42,038 bases of DNA. Source: Candidatus Aenigmatarchaeota archaeon. GTDB taxonomy: Archaea; Aenigmatarchaeota; Aenigmatarchaeia; CG10238-14; SCSR01. The notes under the pieces were generated by a model. The model was not told the DNA's origin. It searched no databases and worked only from the letters and a program-made list of their open reading frames with translations. A program made the translations under genes and the position numbers. Positions within the stretch are counted from its first letter, which is position 1; each line of letters starts with the position of its first letter. The stretch is taken from contig JAWCME010000001.1 in NCBI GenBank assembly GCA_039091335.1, positions 76,024 through 118,061 of the forward strand. The letters are read 5' to 3'. Positions 8,658 through 17,662 of the stretch are shown piece by piece.

Positions 8658-9662
8658 GACCCTGATGAGCCAACCTTTGGGCACCCTTGATCTCTTGTCA
8701 AGGGTGTACCGCCCCAGCCGAACTGCCCGCCAGATGCTGTCCTCTTTCGAGTTAGCGATTCGGTTGAGGAGGGGTGGTGTTACACTTTCCTCTCAGCTTT
8801 TGCCCGGAGGCTAAGCCTAATAGCGAGTACCACCTACGCTCTGCAACCGCAACCGAATCGCAACATCAAGCTGCAGTAAAGCTCTACGGGGTCTTCGTTT
8901 CCCACTCGAGGTCTCTGGCCTATTCACCAGAACAGCAATTTCGCTGGGTCCCAGCCTAGGACAGCGAGGAAGTCGTTACGCCATTGAGACGGGCCGTCAA
9001 TTAAACGGCAAGGGATTACGCTACTTTACGACGGTCAGAGTTACCGCCGCCGTTTACCGGGGCTTCTTCCTGTTGGACCAGGCTTTCACACACCGGCACT
9101 GGGCAGGCATCAGAGACTGTACACATGCTTTCGCACTTGCAGTCTCCTATGTTTTTGTTAAACAGTCGCTTCCTCCTTGTCACTGCGACCTGCTGTCCCA
9201 CCCCACTTGCCCTGCTTAGCAGGACTTGTGGTTAGAGACTACAGGCACCCCTTCTAGCTAACATACGGGGCCAATTTGCCGATTTCCCTAGGCTGGGTTC
9301 TCCCAACAGGCCATTGCCTTCTCAGCAAGCATACCTGTGTCGGTTCTCGGTACGGTCATGAAGGATCCGTTGAAGTTCTTTTTCACGGACTCCAGGAATC
9401 GGTCGAACTTCGCATACGCGAAGCTATTCCCACTTTCATCTGCTTCTCCTCTTTATGAGACTCCACAGACTTCAGTGGTTAACTTGCGTCGACCTATCCC
9501 GAAGTGTCAGAACTTCAACTTGCGTTGCCGCATGTACCTTCATGGCATGGGAATATTAACCCATCTCCCATTTGACCGGTTCGGTTAAGATCGGTCTTAG
9601 GACCGGCTAACCGCCAGTTGACGAACATTGCTGGCAAACCCTTATGCTTTAGGCCGTTGGGA

Positions 9663-9679
9663 ATTGAGGATAAATATCT
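9663..9679 (-). other. 23S BHB mini-intron, 17 nt, ~1287/1288
   Basis: Central helix UGAG/CUCA, bulges AAA and AUU, stem GAU/AUC, exon stem GUUGGG/CCCAAC; restores loop UGAGAAU. Confidence 0.88.
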
Positions 9680-11065
9680 TTCTCACCCAACTATGCTGCT
9701 ACTCATGGCAGGATCTTCATTTCCTTGCGGTCCACTTGTTCTTACGAACAAGCTTCTACCCACAAGGAACGCCTTCTTACCCTTGCTTTCGCAAGCTTGG
9801 GTATCGGTAACCAGCTTAGTCCCTTCCATTTTCAGGGCAGAAACTCTCGGCGGGTAAGCTGTTACGCACTTTTTAACTGATGGCTGCTTCTAAGCCTACA
9901 GTCCCGCTGTCTAAGAGTTTCCACTCCCTTCTTCACTTAGCTGGTATTTTGGGACCTTAACCCAAGTCCGGGTTGTTTCCCTCTCGGAGGCTGAGCTTAC
10001 CCCAACCCCCTCACTCCGGCCTTCTAAGACGCTAACAGATTCTGAGTTGGACAGGATGGCTGAGCCTTTCGGCCCTTCACCACCCAATCCGTAGCTTTAC
10101 CCTGTTAGCTGTCTCCGGCCAGGCTGTACTGAGGTACATTTCAGAAGGAACCAGCTATCACCAGTTTCGATTGGCTTTTCACCCCTAACCCAAGGTTACC
10201 CGAGTGATTGGACCTCAACATCGGTATCGGGCTTCCATTTCGCTTTCGCGAAACTTCACCCTACCTTGGGTTAGATCAACTGGCTTCTGGTCTTATCCCA
10301 GCGACTTCAGGCACTTTCATACCCAGCACCACGCTCTTAATGAGCTACGTGCTTTTCGCTTTCGCTACGGATCCGGAGCTTAAACTCCTTATCCTCGCCG
10401 CTGAGATAAACTCCCTGCCCCGTTTTTCAGAACGGATGCTAGGACACTGTAAGCTGCTCTTAGTACTATTTCCTCTCGGAAATTTCCTTCAGAGCAGCAC
10501 CTTTCATGCCCTAGCTGACTATCTCCATCTTGGTTTCAGGCTCTTTTCACCTCCCTTTCGGGATACTTTTCAGCTTTCTTTCACAATACTATTGCGCTAT
10601 CGGACTTGGTTAGTATTTAGGGTTGGATGTTGATGCCACCCAGATTCCTGCTCCATATCCAAGGAACAGTACTCAGGATGCTTGGCATTTTCCTTCTCTC
10701 CTTCCTCTACGAGGCTATCACTCTCTAAGGCGGTTCTTTCCAGAACACTTCGAGTCGGAGAGTTAGGAAAGACCCAAGTCCTACAACTCCACATCCTTTC
10801 TTTCTTTTCGAAAGAAAGTTCGGTTTGCCCTTTACCCCTTTCACTCGCCGTTACTCAGGGTATCTCAATTGATTTCTTTTCCTGCGCCTACTAAGATGCT
10901 TCACTTCGGCGCGTTCCTCTCCCTTTCGGGATAGCTCTTTAAGAGCTGGGAATCCCATTGATAGATCCTGGGGTCAATTCCTCCATGCGGATAACCCAGG
11001 CTTATCGCAACTTGGTACGTACTTCATCAGCTAACCAAGCCAAGCCATCCACCAAGTGGAGTGGT

Positions 11066-11102
11066 GTTGCCAGACCTCTTTGACCAACCATCCTATGGTA
11101 GT
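11066..11102 (-). other. 5' arm of pre-23S processing stem (BHB)
   Basis: ACUACCAUAGGAUGGUUG GUCA AAG AGGUC; 18-bp outer helix with 7823-7840. Confidence 0.92.
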
Positions 11103-11114
11103 TTCATCTTTATT

Positions 11115-11176
11115 GGTTTCATATAGACAGTTCGCTCTTCATAATTTCAGACGCTGTCAGTTAAATCATCAACCTC
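11115..11176 (-). ncRNA. Putative dual-guide box C/D sRNA in the 23S leader (predicted targets U2504, A2600)
   Basis: C UUGAUGA (11166-72), D' CUGA (11147-50), C' AUGAAGA (11136-42), D AUGA (11119-22). Guides CUGACAGCG and CGAACUGUCU are complementary to 23S 8331-8339 and 8233-8242. Confidence 0.7.
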
Positions 11177-11214
11177 AGCTCTTCACCCCATACACTTGTA
11201 AGGAGTTGCATCAT

Positions 11215-11275
11215 ATGCTCGCAAGGTGTCCATTTCTTCATGTTTTATCAGAAGAAATGAAAAGCTCATCGCTAA
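11215..11275 (-). ncRNA. Putative box C/D sRNA in the 23S leader (predicted target U2552)
   Basis: D' CUGA (11248-51), C' AUGAAGA (11235-41). Guide UGGACACCU (11224-32) is complementary to 8283-8291. C box GCGAUGA and D box GCGA are degenerate. Confidence 0.55.
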
Positions 11276-11341
11276 ACAAAAGGCCGATGCTACATTTAAG
11301 CAGACATAATGACACCGGCAAAATATTATTTTATTTAATAA

Positions 11342-11349
11342 TTTATAAA
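11342..11349 (-). promoter_or_regulatory. Candidate TATA box of the 23S transcript
   Basis: TTTATAAA about 30 nt upstream of the start of the GC-richer leader (GCCGGUG, ~11319). Confidence 0.55.
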
Positions 11350-11462
11350 GATTACTGTTCTTGGTTTTAATGCTACTATATAAATGGCATCACATAGGAT
11401 GTTGGTCTGTTAATAGACACAGCATGCTTTATTTTGACTATGCACATAACAACAAAATACTT

Positions 11463-12122
11463 TTAGTCAATAAGCAAGGGTTTAATGATTAAATTTTGTC
11501 CTGCCCAATAAACAGTTCCATCATTATCAATTAGATACTTTATTTCTGACTCAGTTTTCTTCCAATAAATTTCTGTTCCCTGTGGACAATACTTGTCAAG
11601 ATAGTTTTTTATTTTTTCATAATTCATTTCCTGTATAATTTCTACAGGAAATGAAATTATTTGACCTGGCCCAAGTCCTTTACATTTTATTCGTTCAACA
11701 AAAACCCCTTCCTGCCTTTTCTCCCACTTTTCATATTTTGAAGTTGCAGGAACAACAAAAACATAAGCTGATTTATTAGGTCCCAGCCAATATTTGTCTC
11801 CATTCCAACCTCTTTTTTCTACAGACACAAAATCTTCAAAAAAATTCATTTCCTGAATTGCTTCTGCTTCACTTAATTCCCTATGTTTAAGTAATTCTTC
11901 TTTTGTTTTTTGTATTATTTCATTGAAGTATCGATTAAAAACCATAAGCGCTTCACTTTCTGAAGTGATGGTTGAATTGGAATAGAAAACTGGAATAGCA
12001 GAGAGAACAAGATAACCTCCTCTTCCAGAAGGTTTAGGTAACATGAAATATGAAGTTAATAAAATTGCTGAAAAAATTACTACCAAACCCAAAATTAAAA
12101 TTTTTGTTCTCATAATTCTCAA
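11463..12122 (-). CDS. Hypothetical membrane-anchored/secreted protein
   Basis: N-terminal hydrophobic helix KILILGLVVIFSAILLTSYFML; N-glycosylation sequon. Confidence 0.7.
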   Translation of the reverse strand: MRIMRTKILILGLVVIFSAILLTSYFMLPKPSGRGGYLVLSAIPVFYSNSTITSESEALMVFNRYFNEIIQKTKEELLKHRELSEAEAIQEMNFFEDFVSVEKRGWNGDKYWLGPNKSAYVFVVPATSKYEKWEKRQEGVFVERIKCKGLGPGQIISFPVEIIQEMNYEKIKNYLDKYCPQGTEIYWKKTESEIKYLIDNDGTVYWAGQNLIIKPLLID

Positions 12123-12304
12123 ATATACTTCAATTCTAAAAATATTTAAGACTATGTTTTTTGTTTGGTAAATACCTAACTACCTGTTTTAAATTTGTGG
12201 AAAAAACAGTTCCATAATCACATAAAAAATAAAAAACCAATTGTATTTTCCGGTCGGATTGAGAAACTTTTTTGGTTAAAGAATATAAAAACTAAAAAAA
12301 CGGT

Positions 12305-13321
12305 TTATTTTAATCTTTTTCTGGGTTCCTTGATATTGTTTTCTACCATATCGTTAATATACTTTGGAAGTAATAGAGCAACTACACCAGGAGTTTCGGT
12401 ATACATAAAACTAATACCTAATTCTTTCAACTCGGTTAAAGTAATTAGAGGCCTACTTTTGTGAGATTTATCTAATATTACATTATACTCTCCCTCGCCT
12501 TTAGCAACAAGCCAACGTACCCTATAGTCTTTCAAACCGAATGTTAATTCATCATAATGATCGCATTCTAAAATTAATTCTGGGAAACTTAGAGCCCCTA
12601 CTTTCTCCAGTTCCCTGTAATTTATTGGGTTTGGTAGACGATTTACAATAAAAGACTTCCCAATAAATAGTATCATTAGTTTATCTCCAGAAGAAATGTC
12701 TTCAATACTTGGAGGTTTTGGTGAACGTTCTTCTAATCTTTCCTCTTCTATCTTATTTCTGGCAAGATTAAGAATTGTAGTTTTCTCTTTTATCGCTTCT
12801 TGCTCATTTAAAGTGTTTAATGATTTCATGTAATTTTTTATATCTTCTTTTTCGGCTCCCAATTCTTCGAGTGCATTTACCAATTCTGAATCTGAAATTT
12901 TCCGATAAAACATAAGTAATCTCTTACGCTTCCCAGTTGGAGGTAAAGTGGTAAAACAAATGTTTTTATATTCTTCACATAATATATAGAAACCCGTTAA
13001 AATATAGAAATAAGATTGATATCCAGGAGGTAGGCCCAACTCAACTAGTAATGTATCCATTTGATCTCTCGGAATTATATACCCTTCATTTTCTAATAAA
13101 TTTTTGAGTTTTTCTAGAAATTCGCGTTTAAACCTTGTCACATACATTTTTTGTTCAAATCCTGAAGGCGCAAGCCAGTAATACGCATCTTCAGAAACAG
13201 AGTAACCAATTGAACAGGGGGTGCCTCTTGCACTCAAAGTTTCTTTTTTTATTTTGAAATCTGGTGGTAGTTTTGGAGGTTGCATATCTGCCTTTGATTT
13301 TGTTTTTGTTTCTTCTACCAT
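12305..13321 (-). CDS. Hypothetical protein
   Basis: 338-aa ORF; no family recognised. Confidence 0.7.
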   Translation of the reverse strand: MVEETKTKSKADMQPPKLPPDFKIKKETLSARGTPCSIGYSVSEDAYYWLAPSGFEQKMYVTRFKREFLEKLKNLLENEGYIIPRDQMDTLLVELGLPPGYQSYFYILTGFYILCEEYKNICFTTLPPTGKRKRLLMFYRKISDSELVNALEELGAEKEDIKNYMKSLNTLNEQEAIKEKTTILNLARNKIEEERLEERSPKPPSIEDISSGDKLMILFIGKSFIVNRLPNPINYRELEKVGALSFPELILECDHYDELTFGLKDYRVRWLVAKGEGEYNVILDKSHKSRPLITLTELKELGISFMYTETPGVVALLLPKYINDMVENNIKEPRKRLK

Positions 13322-13509
13322 GTTCTCACTCTTAAGTAATTAATAAATTTAAATTTAAATACATTTCCTTCCAAAATTTTGACTTATGCAAATTTACAAT
13401 TTCTTTTTTTAAACCCCCTCTAAACATTTATTTTTAAATCTTTGCTTCTTTTCATCTTTTTTTGATTGGAGTTTTTGTAATCGTTTAAATAAAAAAACTA
13501 AACTAAATT

Positions 13510-13833
13510 ATGAAAAAAATTGTAATCTTAGCTGTTTTGTTTTTATCAGCCAAGCTGGTTTTAGCCTTAGAACCTTTTTGTGGTTGGTCTACTTATGCTT
13601 CTTGCTCAAAAGACTCTGAATGTAAAGCTGGAGGTTGCAGTAGCCAAGTTTGTGAAAAAATTGGAGAAGGTACTATCACTACTTGTGAGTTCAAAGATTG
13701 TTATGTAGCGGAAAAATACAACCTAACTTGCCAATGTATAAACAACCAATGCCAGTGGGATATCAAGATAAAACACCACCCACAAAACGCCAATTTTATT
13801 CAATTGCTTTTAATTTTTGAAGAGATAAACTAA
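13510..13833 (+). CDS. Secreted eight-cysteine-cluster domain protein
   Basis: Signal peptide followed by FCGWST..C..DSEC..GGCSSQVC...TTCEF..C......C.C.NNQCQW. Confidence 0.8.
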   Translation: MKKIVILAVLFLSAKLVLALEPFCGWSTYASCSKDSECKAGGCSSQVCEKIGEGTITTCEFKDCYVAEKYNLTCQCINNQCQWDIKIKHHPQNANFIQLLLIFEEIN

Positions 13834-13868
13834 AATATAATATTAAACAATATAAAAATTGGAAAAAT

Positions 13869-14141
13869 ATGAGTAATGATATTGATAAAATTTTGGAAAA
13901 ATATAACATATTAACAGATCAAATTTTTAACTTTACACCTTATGTTAATGTTCTCCTTCAAGAAATAGAATTTCTTGGTGCAAATTTAAAAATATACAAA
14001 GAGTTAGATAAAATTCATAAAGAATCTTCTGAAAAAATAACTAATGTGATTAAAAAGATGGAAAAAACTTTAGAAAAAATTCAAAAAGAATTGAGGTCTG
14101 CGTCCAAAAAATTTAATTTAAATTTTGATTTAAAAAAATAA
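13869..14141 (+). CDS. Small coiled-coil hypothetical protein
   Basis: 90-aa helical ORF, co-oriented with neighbours. Confidence 0.55.
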   Translation: MSNDIDKILEKYNILTDQIFNFTPYVNVLLQEIEFLGANLKIYKELDKIHKESSEKITNVIKKMEKTLEKIQKELRSASKKFNLNFDLKK

Positions 14142-14147
14142 TAAATA

Positions 14148-14513
14148 ATGAATTTTGACGTACTATTCCGAATAGCTGAAATGTTTGGATTGCCCTTTTA
14201 TTTTCTTGAGTGGCCTTTGATCCTAACAAATTTAATAATACCATTCGTAATTTTCGCTTATGCACTTGAATGTATTATGGAAAAAATAAGGATATTTTAT
14301 AACCCAAAAGTTAATTTGGCAATTGCTATAGCAATTTCATTCTGTATGCTCCCTTTCATACCAATGTTGAGTTTTGTTATGGCTCCGTCTTCTATTTTTG
14401 TTATCGGTTTTTTAAAAATTGGTGGGGCAAAAGGATTTGTTCTTGGTATGGTCTTAGCTGCTTTATATTGGATTTTTATTCCAGTTTTGATAATTATCCT
14501 TTCCCAATTTTAA
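14148..14513 (+). CDS. Small integral membrane protein
   Basis: Three to four hydrophobic segments. Confidence 0.7.
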   Translation: MNFDVLFRIAEMFGLPFYFLEWPLILTNLIIPFVIFAYALECIMEKIRIFYNPKVNLAIAIAISFCMLPFIPMLSFVMAPSSIFVIGFLKIGGAKGFVLGMVLAALYWIFIPVLIIILSQF

Positions 14514-14585
14514 TACTTTTTTTAATTTCTTTGAATTTAATATTTTTACCTTCAATAAATCTAAATTTTTAACGTCAAAATTAAA

Positions 14586-15404
14586 GTGATGAGAAAGCCA
14601 AAAAAGGTTGTAAGTCATAGCTTGGCAGCAGTTGCTACATTAGGATTTTTGCTGGAAAAACTTCAAGATACTCTTTTACCGGAAGAATATAATATCAAAA
14701 GTGGTACACTTAAAGGATTTCACGACGTGTCACATTCTATAGCAAACATAGAAAATATATTTAGCCTTAATGAAATGAAAAAGGATAGGTTTTATATGGA
14801 TGGTGTTGACCCGACATTGATATTAAGAAAAACTTTTGCAAACATTTTTGATTCGATAATAATAGGTTTCCCTCTTTGGAACTCAATAACAAAATCATTA
14901 TTTGGAACGCCTATATGGGTTCCTTTTTATATGCAAACCACAACTTTTATGCGATTTGGTTGGGATTTTTTATACATAGCAAAATCTTTTGCTTCAAGAG
15001 CAAGAGAAATTTCTGAAAAATATAGTGCCTTAGAAGCAAAAAAGTTTATGAGAATTGAAAACATTTTGGAAAAAAGTAGGGCTGGACTTAAAATAGCAAC
15101 CCAGGCATTTGACTATTTAAACTACAGAGAAATTTTGGAATGGTATAAAAGGAGAAAGGAAAGGGGGGAACAGCCCTCAGAATACACAATTAATGAAAAG
15201 CTTGTTATAGACAAAAAGAGTATGTATAAAGATATACTAATGGGTGAAGCTAAACTCTTCTTGGAGTTTGCAGAAAATGTTTTAGACCATTGGCGTCGTT
15301 TATATAAAGAAGTGGGAATAAAAGAAGGACTCAATAGAATCATAAAAGAATATAGAAAAAAGGAAGAAATAATCTATAGTTACTTAAACCCTAAAAATAA
15401 TTGA
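14586..15404 (+). CDS. Hypothetical protein
   Basis: 272-aa ORF; no family recognised. Confidence 0.65.
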   Translation: MMRKPKKVVSHSLAAVATLGFLLEKLQDTLLPEEYNIKSGTLKGFHDVSHSIANIENIFSLNEMKKDRFYMDGVDPTLILRKTFANIFDSIIIGFPLWNSITKSLFGTPIWVPFYMQTTTFMRFGWDFLYIAKSFASRAREISEKYSALEAKKFMRIENILEKSRAGLKIATQAFDYLNYREILEWYKRRKERGEQPSEYTINEKLVIDKKSMYKDILMGEAKLFLEFAENVLDHWRRLYKEVGIKEGLNRIIKEYRKKEEIIYSYLNPKNN

Positions 15405-15424
15405 GAATTAATTTAAAAAAATAA

Positions 15425-15527
15425 TGGACCGGCGGGGATTTGAACCCCGAGCTTGCAGAGGTTTAAACTTCTCCGCTTTGCATTCGCCTTTTTATAGAGC
15501 GGCGATCTACCATTGATCTACCGGCCC
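15425..15527 (-). tRNA. tRNA-Ala(UGC) with introns at 33/34 (15483-15495) and 45/46 (15453-15470)
   Basis: G3.U70 acceptor pair, A73. Central helices CGCU/GGCG and GCGG/CUGC; the spliced form is a normal cloverleaf. Confidence 0.92.
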
Positions 15528-15841
15528 TCCGTTTAAATTAATTATTATCTTTCTGAATACTCAAAAGTATGTTTGAAGCTTTCCGATTTACTCTGTAACA
15601 CCAACCAGTTTAATTTCTTTTTATTTTTGAAACTTTTAAAGAGTATCTTATTTTTTTCAAAATAAAAGAAATTAAAATAATCTTTTGATGCTTCTGGTGG
15701 TCATTAAAAAGATGAATAAAATTTTTTTCTTCCATTTAGCTTGTTGAAAAGATGAATAAAGTGATAGGAAATTTCTATTTTTTATCTCTTTGTTTTTCTG
15801 GAGGAGTAATTAATTTAAAGATTAGAAATATTTAATCGATT

Positions 15842-16600
15842 ATGCCATTAGTAACGATTCATTTCCATACAAAAGAGGGAGAAAGAATTAACTTGGGGAA
15901 AGATTCGAAGCAATTGGCAAGAGATTTTGAAAAAAGTAAAGTTGATTATCTAATTCTTACAGACAAAGTTAGAGCAGGTGAAACCCCTGATGCTCCAATA
16001 AAGACATTCGAAAAAATAAAATCATATCTTAGAACAAAAGGGGAGGGATTGCTTTTTGGTTTAGAATTTTTGACTTATGATAATTCTCATCTCTTGGGCT
16101 TATGCCTAGACCAAGAAAAATGGAAAAATAAAAGAGCACCAAAAAAATTGGAAGAAATTTGCACTGCAATAGAAAAAACAAACGGGATTATAGCAGTACC
16201 GCACCAGTTTGGGCCCTGTGGTTTAAAAGAAAGGGTTTCAGTAATAGAGAAAATGTATGAAAGCGGTGAAATTGGACACAGACCATTAATAGAAATTAGC
16301 TATTACCTTGAAACACTTTCTTTTTTAGATAGAAGACTTTCAAAAATAAATCAAAAATCACTAAATTATGCTAGAAAAAATAATTATCCAATATTTTCAG
16401 GTCTTGATTCTAGGTTTAGAGACTTCACTCAAGCTTATAATTTCTGCGATGTAGAGCCAGAAATTGCACTTAAAAAAGCTTCACAATCTGGTTTTAAAAA
16501 TAATTGTTTAATTCCTTACATTAGTCTTTCTAGAGTTCCTATGGTTAGAGAAACACTTTATTTAGTTAGAGATTGGTGTGTTGATTTTTTAAGAAAATAA
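15842..16600 (+). CDS. PHP-domain protein (metal ligands partly degenerate)
   Basis: TIHFHT, LILTD, GLEF, HLLGL, AVPHQF, SGLDSR. Confidence 0.65.
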   Translation: MPLVTIHFHTKEGERINLGKDSKQLARDFEKSKVDYLILTDKVRAGETPDAPIKTFEKIKSYLRTKGEGLLFGLEFLTYDNSHLLGLCLDQEKWKNKRAPKKLEEICTAIEKTNGIIAVPHQFGPCGLKERVSVIEKMYESGEIGHRPLIEISYYLETLSFLDRRLSKINQKSLNYARKNNYPIFSGLDSRFRDFTQAYNFCDVEPEIALKKASQSGFKNNCLIPYISLSRVPMVRETLYLVRDWCVDFLRK

Positions 16601-16607
16601 TTAAAAA

Positions 16608-16642
16608 AAGGTAGGTTGTTTTAATGTCTAGAGGCTAGAACC
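16608..16642 (-). other. 3' arm of pre-16S processing stem
   Basis: CAACCUACCUU, CAUU and CCUCUAG pair with 18401-18436. Confidence 0.85.
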
Positions 16643-16699
16643 TTTTTCTTAAGGAGGTGATCCAGCCGCACGTTCCCGTACGGCTACCTTGTGGCGACT

Positions 16700-16796
16700 T
16701 TAGGCTCTTGGAAGCTCATAATAAATCAATTCACCTCCAACTCATCATTAATCAGAGTCAAGCCATTTTCTCATATTATTTTAGAGCTTCCAAAAT
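16700..16796 (-). other. 16S BHB intron, 97 nt, between A1492 and A1493, containing a full box C/D set
   Basis: Central helix GGGC/GCCU, 12-bp stem UUUUGGAAGCUC/GAGCUUCCAAGA; removal restores GGGGCUAAGUCG. Confidence 0.92.
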
Positions 16797-16869
16797 TAGC
16801 CCCTCTCGCAAAACCCAAACTCGACTTTCCCAAAAAGAGAAAGCCTTGTTTGGGTTTCACTCGATTGGC

Positions 16870-16906
<37 letters not shown>

Positions 16907-16915
16907 GACGAACGA

Positions 16916-16959
16916 ATCCACGCAATATGAAGCATTTCCAGCCTCTTTTCATAATTGCA
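16916..16959 (-). other. 16S BHB intron, 44 nt, ~1363/1364
   Basis: Central helix UCAU/GUGG, exon helix AACG/CGUU, stem GCAA/UUGC. Confidence 0.88.
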
Positions 16960-17414
16960 TGATGACGTTCGCCTACTAGGGATTCCGGCTTCACGAGGAC
17001 GAGTTACAGCCCTCGATCTGAACTGAGCATGCTTTTAGGGGATTAGCTTCTCCTTTCGGAGTTGCATCCCATTGTGGCATGCATTGTGGGTCGCGTGTAG
17101 CCCAGGAGATTCGGGGCATACGGACCTACCGTCGCCCACACCTTCCTCCCACTTATCGCGGGCAGTCTCCCATGAGTGCACTTCCTCCGGAGAGGAAGTT
17201 AGCAACATGGGATGTGGGTCTCGCTCGTTAACCGACTTAACGGCACGCCTCACGGTACGAGCTGACGATGGCCATGCACCACCTCTCAGCTTGTCTGGTA
17301 AGCCCTTCAGACTGACCCTCATCCTGCTGTCAACCCTGGTAAGATTCCCGGCGTTGAATCCAATTAAACCGCAGCCTCCACCCCTTGTGTGCTCCCCCGC
17401 CAATTCCCTTAAGT

Positions 17415-17470
17415 TAGGTGGAAGAAGTGGTATGTTTATATTAAATTTTTAAAAAAACACCACTTCCTCT
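17415..17470 (-). other. 16S BHB intron, 56 nt, 908/909
   Basis: Central helix GGUG/CACC, exon helix AAG/CUU, 11-bp stem; restores GUGAAACUUAA. Confidence 0.92.
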
Positions 17471-17581
17471 TTCACCCTTGCGGGTATACTCCCCAGGTGG
17501 CCCGCTTAACACCTACGCTCCGGCACTGCAAGCTCCCGAGAAGCCTGCAACACCAAGCGGGCATCGTTTACGGCTAGGACT

Positions 17582-17662
17582 TTCCCGCACGAGTAGGAAA
17601 TCCTAGCTTGTTGGGTCTTAAATTTCTTCATATTTTATCAGAAGATACTCCCAACCTCGTGT
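17582..17662 (-). other. 16S BHB intron, 81 nt, 801/802, with internal D'/C' motif
   Basis: Central helix CCCG/CGGG, stem CACGAG/CUCGUG; restores CCGGUAGUCC. Confidence 0.92.

Noticed and set aside
11176-11215. A third leader sRNA (AUGAUGC box; AACUCCUUA matching 23S 10383-10391)
   Set aside because: The 9-nt match is real, but no properly placed D or D' box follows, so no target can be assigned; left unannotated.
8265-11370. ORF-track entries over the 23S gene and leader (8265, 8774, 9016, 9276, 9337, 9618, 9628, 10208, 10597, 10682, 11056)
   Set aside because: Spurious ORFs in GC-rich structural RNA; no protein motifs.
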